From a virus (taxonomy: Duplodnaviria; Caudoviricetes): a stretch of 64,000 bases of DNA. The position numbers were made by a program, and so were the translations under genes. Numbering within the stretch: position 1 is the stretch's first letter; each line of letters begins with the position of its first letter. The stretch spans positions 22,868-86,867 of the IMG/VR virus record IMGVR_UViG_3300031820_000003. One strand, given 5' to 3'. The notes under the pieces were generated by a model, which was not told where the DNA came from, did no database searches, and was given only the letters and a program-made list of their open reading frames with translations. Positions 8,748 through 16,660 of this stretch are shown one piece after another.

Positions 8748-9284
8748 TCATCGCGATTGCGGGCATTTTTGGCATTTTGCACCTTGTTTCGCGGCCTTCT
8801 TCGCTGCATTCCAATTGATCGGTTGTTGAGCCAAGCGGCGCTTGGCTTGACGCGCACGACCAGCTGCACGAGCCAATCTCTTGATTTCCCTAGCGGGCAA
8901 TTTGAACCGCGCCTGACCACCCTTTCGGCCGATCGCCTTCATGTGCCGTCTGCTTAGTTCAATGGTCACCGTTCCGCTACGCACAAGCCGTTCGTCGCGT
9001 TTCTGCACGCGGTTTCCATACCGGCGGACAGCTTCCTCATCGACGACCGCAATGAACTTGATCTGCAGGACACCGAGCACCGCCCCCATGGAGCGCATCC
9101 CGATGCGCCGGACCGGACGGGGTCCAAGCAGCTTGGACAGATACCGGTCCGGCAGGCCGCTGAGCTTGGCCGTCTCCTCGCCGCTGCGGTTGATGTGCAG
9201 GTCGTTGGCGCGCTCCCGCAGGATTCGCATCATGGAGGGATAGTCGGTCACTTCACCGAGCACCCCCGCCCCCTCTACCCCCAT
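8748..9284 (-). CDS. Putative DNA-binding protein with basic GRKGG tail
   Basis: HTH-like N-half; MKAIGRKGGQAR. Confidence 0.65.
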   Translation of the reverse strand: MGVEGAGVLGEVTDYPSMMRILRERANDLHINRSGEETAKLSGLPDRYLSKLLGPRPVRRIGMRSMGAVLGVLQIKFIAVVDEEAVRRYGNRVQKRDERLVRSGTVTIELSRRHMKAIGRKGGQARFKLPAREIKRLARAAGRARQAKRRLAQQPINWNAAKKAAKQGAKCQKCPQSR

Positions 9285-9302
9285 CGGCTTGGCCTCCCGA
9301 AC

Positions 9303-9713
9303 CTATCGACTGCCCGGGCCCGGAAAGGGCGGCTTGGGTGCCGCACCCCCAGGAGCGGCTACGGACGTCGCTGGTGCGGGTATCGTGGCGGCCTTGGGTA
9401 GCCCACCCCCGTTAGGCGCGGGCGTATCCTTGACGGCTCCTGGCGAGTCTGAGGAGCCGCCGGAGATAGGAGGGCCGCCATTGTCCCCCATCAGGGCCTG
9501 GTCCACCGCATCGAGAGCCTCGTCGAGCTCGTCCACAGCACCGCCCACCACGTCGACCTTGGATTCAGCCTTGGCGATGACGGTATCCACTTTGTCGCGA
9601 ACCGCGCCCATCTTCTTGGAAATGACATCGCGAGCCTTTCCTTCCGCGTATTCGACCAGCTTGTCGAGCTCGCCGGTCAGCGCCTGGAGATTGGTGAACT
9701 TGAGGGCCATCAA
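9303..9713 (-). CDS. Helical protein with Pro/Gly-rich tail
   Basis: 136 aa; positional analog of 53940..54284. Confidence 0.7.
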   Translation of the reverse strand: MMALKFTNLQALTGELDKLVEYAEGKARDVISKKMGAVRDKVDTVIAKAESKVDVVGGAVDELDEALDAVDQALMGDNGGPPISGGSSDSPGAVKDTPAPNGGGLPKAATIPAPATSVAAPGGAAPKPPFPGPGSR

Positions 9714-10105
9714 TTCACCTCCAGTCGGGCTAAAGGGCGCGCGTCCTCATAGGGCTTCATCTCCGCGTCGACAATGGACTGGCGAGCACGGGCCGCCATC
9801 TTGCTGCGCCGTGCCTTCAAGGCCTCGAGCTCGTCCTCCGCGTCCTTGGCCACCGTCTCGAGCTGAATCCGATATTCCAGGTTCTGCTGGGTCAGGTGAT
9901 CGCAGCGCAAGTTGGCCGCCGTACATTCGGCCCGGTAATGATCAGCCTCGCGGCCGGCCACTTCCAGCGCTGTCTCGAGCTGGTGCACCTTTTCCAGCAG
10001 CTGCGCATTCTCGTCGCGCACCCGCAACAGGTCGGCGACGTCCTCCAGAATCCTCAATCCTTGCTCGCGTGCGCTCATCCGTTCCTCCATATCGATTGAT
10101 GCCAC
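9710..10105 (-). CDS. Coiled-coil protein
   Basis: Heptad-rich 131 aa. Confidence 0.7.
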   Translation of the reverse strand: MASIDMEERMSAREQGLRILEDVADLLRVRDENAQLLEKVHQLETALEVAGREADHYRAECTAANLRCDHLTQQNLEYRIQLETVAKDAEDELEALKARRSKMAARARQSIVDAEMKPYEDARPLARLEVN

Positions 10106-10244
10106 GTCGTTTGGCCATCTGATAAATCGTGCTCTTAACCAGCCCGTAGATACGGGCCAGCTCCATCACATTCTCGCCGGCGCGGTACCGCCGCATCAGG
10201 TCGCGGCGCTGCTGCGCGGTCAGCCGCCATGGACGCGTGCTCAT
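9942..10244 (-). CDS. HTH protein
   Basis: ENVMELARIYGLVKSTIYQM HTH. Confidence 0.6.
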   Translation of the reverse strand: MSTRPWRLTAQQRRDLMRRYRAGENVMELARIYGLVKSTIYQMAKRRGINRYGGTDERTRARIEDSGGRRRPVAGARRECAAAGKGAPARDSAGSGRPRG

Positions 10245-10441
10245 CCGGCGGCCGCACCGTATCCGACCTCCCGCTTCACCTCACGCCACAGAGCTTCCGT
10301 ATCTGGCGGAAATACCAGCTGCGAAAACGGCCCCTCGATCTTGAACGGACCGGGCGCACCAGCTTGCCCGATGTAGCTTTGCGCAGCCTCGCGCGTCGAG
10401 CCCATGGCGCAGACAACACCGTCATAAATCACCACGTACAT
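10241..10441 (-). CDS. Hypothetical protein
   Basis: 66 aa; analog of 54701..54895. Confidence 0.6.
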   Translation of the reverse strand: MYVVIYDGVVCAMGSTREAAQSYIGQAGAPGPFKIEGPFSQLVFPPDTEALWREVKREVGYGAAAG

Positions 10442-10452
10442 TGCCTATCTCC

Positions 10453-10674
10453 TCACTTGATCCCTGGAATGTTGATGCTGACACCCGCCAGCATGTGCAG
10501 CAGCGGAATGACCACGTAGAACAGGACAATCGCCACCACGAGGATGATCAGCAGCACGTCGATGATCTGCCGGAATATCGGCTCGAGCGGGATAAGACCG
10601 ACAATCTGCCGCACAGCCCAGAACACAAAGCCGGCGATGAGCAGCGCGATGATGATCTGGATGATGATGGTCAT
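10453..10674 (-). CDS. Small two-TM membrane protein
   Basis: Two strongly hydrophobic helices. Confidence 0.75.
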   Translation of the reverse strand: MTIIIQIIIALLIAGFVFWAVRQIVGLIPLEPIFRQIIDVLLIILVVAIVLFYVVIPLLHMLAGVSINIPGIK

Positions 10675-11171
10675 GCCTTTTCCCTTCCAGGCTCGAACCG
10701 TCCGATTGGACGGCCATATCGCTTAACCGCATCGTCATAATTGCTCAGAATCGTCCCCGGCGGATGCTTGCCGTCAGGTCCGGGCGCTGGGTCAGGCGGA
10801 ACAGGTCGCCGCACCGGCCGAGATGGTGGCGGCAGCGATCGATATTTGGCAAACCGCGCTTTCTCGTTGATCAGCGCATCACAAAATTCCTTCACCTCCC
10901 CGGAATTCGGCATGAAGGCTGCAAACTTCGGTTTCGATTGAATACCGGTGCGCGGGTCAGTGGCCTCGCGAATAATATCGGGCTCATACATCGCCAATAC
11001 TGCAGCGATAGCAGCGACATACGTATCAGGATCGTTCGCGTCACCCCTTCGGTATGAGCCCAATAATAGCTTGGCCCGTTCCGTCGCGTAGGTCGCTCGG
11101 GGCTGGCTCGTCGAATGCTCGGACACGGTCGAGGAGATCGTCGCACGCTTCCATGATTGTTCGCTTGCCAT
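10671..11171 (-). CDS. Replication accessory protein (lambda P position; helicase-loader-like)
   Basis: Follows the initiator; similar layout to 54883..55380. Confidence 0.6.
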   Translation of the reverse strand: MASEQSWKRATISSTVSEHSTSQPRATYATERAKLLLGSYRRGDANDPDTYVAAIAAVLAMYEPDIIREATDPRTGIQSKPKFAAFMPNSGEVKEFCDALINEKARFAKYRSLPPPSRPVRRPVPPDPAPGPDGKHPPGTILSNYDDAVKRYGRPIGRFEPGREKA

Positions 11172-11658
11172 TGACCTTTAGCCCCTCTGCCGCCTTACGA
11201 ATCCAATTGCGCCACGTTGCTGACCAATCAGCCTTGCGCGCATTCGGACCAGCACGCGCCTGCCAGTAGTCCTTGAATTTCGAGAGCTCGCTCGTCGTTC
11301 GAGCGCCGCCAATCGCGGTCTCCGCAAAATTGAGATCGTTCTGCGATGGAAACCAGTCAGGGGGAATTCGGGCGCCGACCGACGGTACCCGCCGTGAAAC
11401 AATCTCCTCTTTAGTACTCTGAGAGTCAGTAGGAGGAGGAAGTTCTTTATATGCACTCTTCCTCGAATTCCGCTTTCTTTCCCGGTCGTAGGCCCTTCGT
11501 CTTTCGGCCGCCGTATCCACCGGAATTCCGGTGGATGTCCGGTGGAATTCCGCGGACTCTTGCGCGTGCTGTTGGGCCAGATCGACTATGCGTGCTGTGA
11601 CGTCCGGTGGAATTCCGGTGGACAAAAGATAGGACACGAGGTCGGCAATGGCGCTCAA
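11041..11658 (-). CDS. Replication initiator (lambda O position; DnaT-like C-terminus)
   Basis: RIPPDW..FKDYW..KADWSATWRNW; internal iterons. Confidence 0.75.
   Translation of the reverse strand: MSAIADLVSYLLSTGIPPDVTARIVDLAQQHAQESAEFHRTSTGIPVDTAAERRRAYDRERKRNSRKSAYKELPPPTDSQSTKEEIVSRRVPSVGARIPPDWFPSQNDLNFAETAIGGARTTSELSKFKDYWQARAGPNARKADWSATWRNWIRKAAEGLKVNGKRTIMEACDDLLDRVRAFDEPAPSDLRDGTGQAIIGLIPKG
11519..11622. repeat. Iteron-like repeats CCGGTGGA (putative origin, unit A)
   Basis: Copies at 11528, 11539, 11604 and 11615 (11-bp spacing) inside the initiator gene. Confidence 0.65.
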
Positions 11659-11822
11659 GCGGCGCGCTCCTCACCGGCCCGATCGGCCATTTCGTCTTGG
11701 ATGATCTCGCGCATGATGGCCTCAATCACCTTTGACTTGCTCGGCTTGCGCGCCGCTTTGCGCATGCGCTCGATCGAGGCGACTTCCTCATCGGTGAATT
11801 CGCAGACGATGAATCTCTTCAT
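11655..11822 (-). CDS. Small RHH-like regulator
   Basis: 55 aa, ends IQDEMADRAGEERAA; similar to 55888..56076. Confidence 0.6.
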   Translation of the reverse strand: MKRFIVCEFTDEEVASIERMRKAARKPSKSKVIEAIMREIIQDEMADRAGEERAA

Positions 11823-12040
11823 GGCAGGTTCACCTTTGCCAGCGTGATAGGAGCCTTTCCCTTGCGCCGCGTGTTCTGCCAGGTGATCATCGACCGCCGG
11901 CGCACGTCGTCCGGCTGCGCGCCGATGCAGCGCTTGCCGTCACTGGGGAATGTCGGGGTGTCCTTGGATGGCATGGGCCGGGGGCTGCGGCGTGCCTGCC
12001 TCTCCCGTTGCTGGCTGCGATTGAGCTGGACGACGCTCAT
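11819..12040 (-). CDS. Small basic protein
   Basis: C-terminus ITLAKVNLP shared with 54495..54704. Confidence 0.65.
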   Translation of the reverse strand: MSVVQLNRSQQRERQARRSPRPMPSKDTPTFPSDGKRCIGAQPDDVRRRSMITWQNTRRKGKAPITLAKVNLP

Positions 12041-12513
12041 CGGACGACCTTCACCTTGGTCCCGGGATAAGCGGCCTCGACCAGCTTGCGCTTGATCCTG
12101 GATAGGGGAGTGTCCTTGCCTTTCACGTCGTCGAGAGCGCGTCTGACGTGATCTTTCTTGGCGCCAAGGATTTCCCAATAGCGGAAATCCAAGATCACCT
12201 TGCAGATGTGCTTGCCGTTGATGGCGATCGGATAGGAGGGCTGAATCTCAATGTCGCGGACGCGGCCGGCCCGCTCGAGTAGCTTCAGCCCATCGTAGTA
12301 TTCGGCTTCACGCTTGCTGGCGAACAGATGGGGCTTGCCGTTGACTATGCGGGTGCGCTCGGCCTTGCCAGCAACGCTGTTGTCGACGCCGTATTTGCTG
12401 CGCGTGTTGCCGCCCTTCTGGCGAGCGGCCATCATCTTGCGATACTCCGCGCGGGACAGCGGAGCGCCGAATGGCCGATCAATCATCGACGGTATGTTGC
12501 TTCTGTCATTCAT
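12037..12513 (-). CDS. DUF1064-like PD-(D/E)xK nuclease (putative resolvase)
   Basis: FASKREAEYY..L...IQPSY..LDFRY..DVKG; homolog of 56073..56477. Confidence 0.8.
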   Translation of the reverse strand: MNDRSNIPSMIDRPFGAPLSRAEYRKMMAARQKGGNTRSKYGVDNSVAGKAERTRIVNGKPHLFASKREAEYYDGLKLLERAGRVRDIEIQPSYPIAINGKHICKVILDFRYWEILGAKKDHVRRALDDVKGKDTPLSRIKRKLVEAAYPGTKVKVVR

Positions 12514-12756
12514 CGGACTGAGGTTATTCCCGTATATCCAGCGTGGTATTTCCACCCGATTGACGGTCGATTCTCACGCAAGGATAAAACTGCCCCCATG
12601 TCGTGTTCAGCAAAACCGCGTCAGTATTGTTGCCGTTTATATTTTTGTCGCACGACTGACACACGCACTTGTATTCAGACACCAGTTGGCGGATACATTT
12701 CCCCCGGGCGCATAAAAACAATCAACAGTCGGGGGTTGCGTAATGGGTACCGTGAT

Positions 12757-12972
12757 TCACTGGGCTGCCTCGCGCGGCCGCAAAAAAGCGTCCATCGGAA
12801 CTTCACTCCCAGATACCTCGCTCAACCGCTTCGCCAAGCCCAAGGACGCTTCCTTGCGGCCGGCGAAGATGTTGCGAAGGTGCCATTCGGAGCAGCCAAC
12901 CGTAGCGGCCAGGACGGAAACGGTCATTCCCTTGCCGTTGGCCCAACGTAGCATCGGGTGCAAATCAGACAT
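12757..12972 (-). CDS. cro: Cro-like XRE HTH regulator
   Basis: HTH; first gene of the leftward lytic operon; protein identical to the unit B copy. Confidence 0.82.
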   Translation of the reverse strand: MSDLHPMLRWANGKGMTVSVLAATVGCSEWHLRNIFAGRKEASLGLAKRLSEVSGSEVPMDAFLRPREAAQ

Positions 12973-12982
12973 GGGGCGGAGT

Positions 12983-13032
12983 ATTCCCACTAGGAATGGC
13001 GAAAGTCAACCCGAAATATTCCTCGAAGGAAT
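12983..13032. promoter_or_regulatory. OR-like operators ATTCC-N5-GGAAT (12983-12997, 13018-13032) with PR -35 TTGACT (minus strand, 13009-13004)
   Basis: Two palindromes between divergent cro and cI; identical in unit B. Confidence 0.8.
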
Positions 13033-13066
13033 AGGCCGTTTTCAGAATGACTTAGTAGAGTCGGCT

Positions 13067-13372
13067 ATGGCCAAGAAAGCGAAGCCAGAACTCTCTCAAA
13101 TGCACCTTAAGGACTGGCTCGGATATTTTGAGCTCGGTCCGACAGCGGCAGCCAAGCACGCTGGATGCACACAGCCGTACATCTCCAATATGATGGCTGG
13201 ACGCAGGACAAGCGTAAATGTCTTGTATTTGGTTAAACTTACCGAAGAAATAGGGATCACCGTCAACGATCTCTATCGGCCGGCGCCGACCAAGCTACAG
13301 CTCGCCCAGCTGCAGAGCTATTCGCCTCAGGCACAGGCTACGATTCTCCAGCGCGCTCGCAAGAAGTCCTGA
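13067..13372 (+). CDS. cI: CI-like repressor, HTH only (101 aa)
   Basis: XRE HTH (TQPYISN helix), divergent from cro, flanked by operator pairs. Confidence 0.8.
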   Translation: MAKKAKPELSQMHLKDWLGYFELGPTAAAKHAGCTQPYISNMMAGRRTSVNVLYLVKLTEEIGITVNDLYRPAPTKLQLAQLQSYSPQAQATILQRARKKS

Positions 13373-13420
13373 CACTCGGCTGACGTCATTTCTGGCCGAT
13401 ATCGTTGCACGGGCTCAACT

Positions 13421-13470
13421 ATTCCTCCTAGGAATATTTTGGTTGACAGTAGCCCATTCCTGTGAGAAAT
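13421..13470 (+). promoter_or_regulatory. OL-like operators (13421-13435, 13456-13470) flanking PL -35 TTGACA (13443-13448)
   Basis: Same ATTCC-N5-GGAAT motif; one copy has GAAAT. Confidence 0.8.
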
Positions 13471-13500
13471 AGGTCCTCAGAGTGATTTGGAGGACTGCCC

Positions 13501-13605
13501 ATGTACCGCGACCGTCTGTCCGACACTGACGTCTTCATCACCCTCATATCGGCCTTGGCCTTCCTCGCCTTTGCTGAGATCGCGGTCCTGCGGGTGCTGT
13601 CGTGA
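13501..13605 (+). CDS. Single-TM peptide (34 aa), first PL gene
   Basis: GGAGG SD; hydrophobic helix. Confidence 0.7.
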   Translation: MYRDRLSDTDVFITLISALAFLAFAEIAVLRVLS

Positions 13606-13820
13606 CCGCCCGGACCAGGACTTTCGTACCGGCCGCCCAGCGCCCTACGGAGCTCGCTGACGAGACTTGCGATTGGGCTACTGCCCAGGCAGCCGAGATC
13701 ATAAGCGACGCCTGGGACTACGCGCACGGGCGCCAGACCTATGTCCAGGTCAGGTCCGCCGTGGCCCAGCGCCTGCGCATGATCCGCGCCCGCGGCGAAG
13801 CGGCTGTGAGGCGGTCATGA
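13602..13820 (+). CDS. Hypothetical protein
   Basis: Coupled ORF. Confidence 0.6.
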   Translation: MTARTRTFVPAAQRPTELADETCDWATAQAAEIISDAWDYAHGRQTYVQVRSAVAQRLRMIRARGEAAVRRS

Positions 13821-13999
13821 ACAGCGTCATCCCGTGCAAGAAAGGCGCCGAATGTAATTGGCCGGCATGTCCTCTCGACTGCCCAGAACGTCCAGGAGCC
13901 AACGTCAAAAGTTCTGCGCCATATGGCGATTGGTGTCGCGATCCTGATCTTTGCGCCGGCAAAGGCTACTGCCCGCGCGATCCAACATGTGGAGATTAG
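13817..13999 (+). CDS. Cys-rich small protein (8 Cys in 60 aa)
   Basis: MNSVIPCKKGAEC...; ATGA-coupled. Confidence 0.6.
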   Translation: MNSVIPCKKGAECNWPACPLDCPERPGANVKSSAPYGDWCRDPDLCAGKGYCPRDPTCGD

Positions 14000-14002
14000 G
14001 TC

Positions 14003-14188
14003 ATGAGCCGGCGTTTACCGACATTTTGCACCCACGGCGAGTTCGAGCGGGCCTCGGAAGCCGAGCGCCGGGAATGGACAGCGCGGCTGCTGCGCAGGTG
14101 GGGTAGCGACGAGGCCCGCAAGCTCGACTTCGATTGCCAGTCCGATTTCGACAGAACGGACAGCTCCAGACGATGGCCCGAGTCATGA
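14003..14188 (+). CDS. Hypothetical protein
   Basis: 61 aa in the PL operon. Confidence 0.55.
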   Translation: MSRRLPTFCTHGEFERASEAERREWTARLLRRWGSDEARKLDFDCQSDFDRTDSSRRWPES

Positions 14189-14388
14189 CCCGACCAATCA
14201 ACCTTGAACGGCTTCACGAGGCGACGGATCAGCAGCTGGCTGATGCCTATGCGAGGGCATTGCAGCTTGCACACGATGCTCCGAAGGACATGCCGAATGA
14301 AGGCATGGCATCTCCGACATGGGCCGTTCGATCGCGCGAAGCGTTTCGCATCGGTGACGAGATTGCACGGCGCGAGAAAAACAAATGA
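14185..14388 (+). CDS. Hypothetical protein
   Basis: 67 aa, coupled. Confidence 0.6.
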   Translation: MTRPINLERLHEATDQQLADAYARALQLAHDAPKDMPNEGMASPTWAVRSREAFRIGDEIARREKNK

Positions 14389-14474
14389 CCTGGATCATCG
14401 TAGGACTGATCGCACTACTGTGGTTCGCCGGCGCATTGGCTGTCTGGAAAATTTGCAGCATGGGGGCGGACTGA
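14385..14474 (+). CDS. Single-TM peptide (29 aa)
   Basis: MTWIIVGLIALLWFAGALAVWKICSMGAD; coupled on both sides. Confidence 0.6.
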   Translation: MTWIIVGLIALLWFAGALAVWKICSMGAD

Positions 14475-14683
14475 TGGCGCGCGATTACATCCCGATCGAC
14501 CAAATTATCAATGCGCTTCGGCAATTCCCAAAGGGGGCAACCTCTCGTCAACTAGCCGAACACCTCGGCATGAAGCCGCATAGCGTCGGGACTCGGCTCT
14601 ACAAACAGCACATCTACGGACGCGGTGTCGATCGCACCGAGAGCGCCGGGCCGCAACACGAATACATCTGGAGGGCTGAATGA
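14474..14683 (+). CDS. Winged-helix DNA-binding protein
   Basis: GATSRQLAEHLGMKPHSV; homolog of 58264..58473. Confidence 0.75.
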   Translation: MARDYIPIDQIINALRQFPKGATSRQLAEHLGMKPHSVGTRLYKQHIYGRGVDRTESAGPQHEYIWRAE

Positions 14684-15498
14684 CCCGCACCGCCGTCAAA
14701 GACAAGATCGAGACCACACTCGCGCCCGAGGCGCCGACTGCTCAGCTGCCCGCTGTCGCCGAGCCCGCGCGGCAGGAGCGCAGGCCCCTCATGACACCGA
14801 AGACGATCGCGCCTGCGATCTACTCGGGCAAGATCGCCAAGGCGGTCATCGCGGTGTCCAAGGAAATCGGCCGCATTCAGAAGGACGGCGAGAACGCATT
14901 CCAGCGCTACAAGTACACCCGCTGGGAGGACATCAACGAACGCCTGTCGCCTCTGCTAGTCGAGCACGGCCTGATCCTCGTACAGAACGAGTTGAGCCGC
15001 GATGTGATCGAGCGCAGCGCCGAGGGCTGCGTGTTGGCGATCGTCTATCAGTTCATCCTCGTGAGCGAAGACGGCGACGCTTGGCCGCCGGTCGAGTGGA
15101 CCGCCATTGCGCGCCTGACCGATAAGAAGGGTACGCCCGACGACAAGGCCGCCGCCAAGTGCCACACCCAGGCCGAGAAACAGTTCTGCATCAAACAATT
15201 CAAAATCAGGACCGACACCTACGAAGACGGCGACGCGAGCGAAACCATGTCGCGGGTCAATCCTCGGGCCAAGGAAGTCTACCGCGAGATGGAAGCGCAG
15301 ATTGACGCCTGTAAGTCCGCGGTCGAGCTCGGTGCCTGGGGCAAGGACAACAAGGACCGCATCCAAATCTTGCACCCGCAGTGGCAGAAGGAATTGCGCG
15401 TCCGCTACAGCGAACGGCTGTCCGTGTTCCAGCAAGATAACGTCGAGTGGACGGATGAAGGCGTGAACGATCCGAAGACCGGCGAAGTCGTGCAGTGA
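14680..15498 (+). CDS. erf: ERF-family single-strand annealing protein
   Basis: IQKDGENAFQRYKY..EDI..L.PLL..HGL. Confidence 0.88.
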   Translation: MTRTAVKDKIETTLAPEAPTAQLPAVAEPARQERRPLMTPKTIAPAIYSGKIAKAVIAVSKEIGRIQKDGENAFQRYKYTRWEDINERLSPLLVEHGLILVQNELSRDVIERSAEGCVLAIVYQFILVSEDGDAWPPVEWTAIARLTDKKGTPDDKAAAKCHTQAEKQFCIKQFKIRTDTYEDGDASETMSRVNPRAKEVYREMEAQIDACKSAVELGAWGKDNKDRIQILHPQWQKELRVRYSERLSVFQQDNVEWTDEGVNDPKTGEVVQ

Positions 15499-15620
15499 AG
15501 ATCGCTGCCGCGCTCATCCTGTTTGTTGTCGTGTGCTTGGCACTCTGGGGAGCGCGGGAGCATCCGCCCAAGGACTGCATCGGAATTGGCAAGGGTATGG
15601 ATGAAAGGTGCTGGAGATGA
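15495..15620 (+). CDS. Membrane-anchored peptide with conserved two-Cys tail
   Basis: TM followed by AREHPPKDCIGIGKGMDERCWR; homolog at 60144. Confidence 0.7.
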   Translation: MKIAAALILFVVVCLALWGAREHPPKDCIGIGKGMDERCWR

Positions 15621-15808
15621 AAATGAGCGCAAGGTCATGGAACTCTCTAGCAGTCGGCTCCGCGAGCATGTTTGGTTATTCAGGAAGTGGGCTTCTCGCG
15701 CATTTCTGGTCAGAAGCGCCATCGCTGTGGCTTTCATTAACCATGTGCGTCATCTGCTTTGCGGGCATAGTTTTTTGTTCAGGCAAAGCACAGGGGTACT
15801 GGAGATGA
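15617..15808 (+). CDS. Small two-TM protein
   Basis: Homolog at 60275..60466. Confidence 0.7.
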   Translation: MKMSARSWNSLAVGSASMFGYSGSGLLAHFWSEAPSLWLSLTMCVICFAGIVFCSGKAQGYWR

Positions 15809-15951
15809 TGGACAGATATGACAAAGATTTTCTTGAACACATCGCCATGCTTCAGCGCGAGCAAGCGACCCAAACTATCAAGCTGCTCGAGGAAATAAAA
15901 TTGTTGCTGGCCCAGCTCGTGGCCCGCACGCCGGATAAGGTCGGGTATTAA
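15805..15951 (+). CDS. Small helical protein
   Basis: 48 aa, nearly identical to 60463..60609. Confidence 0.75.
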   Translation: MMDRYDKDFLEHIAMLQREQATQTIKLLEEIKLLLAQLVARTPDKVGY

Positions 15952-16084
15952 ACAATGGGAAACGTTGCCTTGGCGCAGACACTCGGATGGGTCTGCAAGC
16001 GCAACGGGGGCGAGCCGCCATCTGACGTACCGGCTTTTGCCCTACCAAACTAGTCACAACAAGTGAGACAACGGGAGAACTCAG

Positions 16085-16405
16085 GTGTTCAATCTAAGCA
16101 TTTATAGATTCGGCGTCCAACGCTCAGAAGTTTATATGTTTCTGAACAAGGATAAGGCCGAGATCGCCTACCTGAAAATCAAGGCAGCATTGGCGCAATA
16201 CAAGCCATGGGGCAACGATAAGGATGCGATCGTTTCGTTTATTGGGCATGACGATCTGGAGGTAACCTATCGTCTTGAACACATTTCGTCCGTGTCGCTT
16301 GGCGATACCACTGTGGACGAACCTATGCAGATCGAGCACGCGAAATACATTGGTCGTCTCAACGCCGCCGCTGAAAGCGAATGCAAGAAAAGTAAACCCG
16401 AATAG
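16085..16405 (+). CDS. Hypothetical protein (lower GC)
   Basis: GGGAG SD; ORF. Confidence 0.6.
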   Translation: MFNLSIYRFGVQRSEVYMFLNKDKAEIAYLKIKAALAQYKPWGNDKDAIVSFIGHDDLEVTYRLEHISSVSLGDTTVDEPMQIEHAKYIGRLNAAAESECKKSKPE

Positions 16406-16447
16406 TGTAACGGGAATTGTGTCTACGGGAAACTAGGAGGGACGATC

Positions 16448-16660
16448 ATGAGCTACCGAGTTGTTTATGGCGAGACGATACCGGCATGGGAGAAGATTTT
16501 CCCGACGCTTCGCGAGGCCAAGGCATTCGCCAAAGAGCACGAGGGTTTTGGCGACATAATCTTCAGCATCAACAAGGTCGTTCCCGGTCAAGGGCCGCAG
16601 TCGTTAGTGGCGGCGATCGAAGCTGGCGAGGTCGAGGGATTTTGTCGCGCAGCTAAGTAA
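16448..16660 (+). CDS. Hypothetical protein
   Basis: GGAGG SD; 70 aa. Confidence 0.7.
   Translation: MSYRVVYGETIPAWEKIFPTLREAKAFAKEHEGFGDIIFSINKVVPGQGPQSLVAAIEAGEVEGFCRAAK

Noticed and set aside
12743-13066. 209-aa version of the repressor
   Set aside because: The extension overlaps cro in antisense and covers the operators; the real start is most likely 13067 (57000 in unit B).
15523-15804. N-terminal extension giving a 142-aa ORF
   Set aside because: The unit B homolog conserves only the 48-aa part from MMD[RK]Y; the upstream frame is not maintained.
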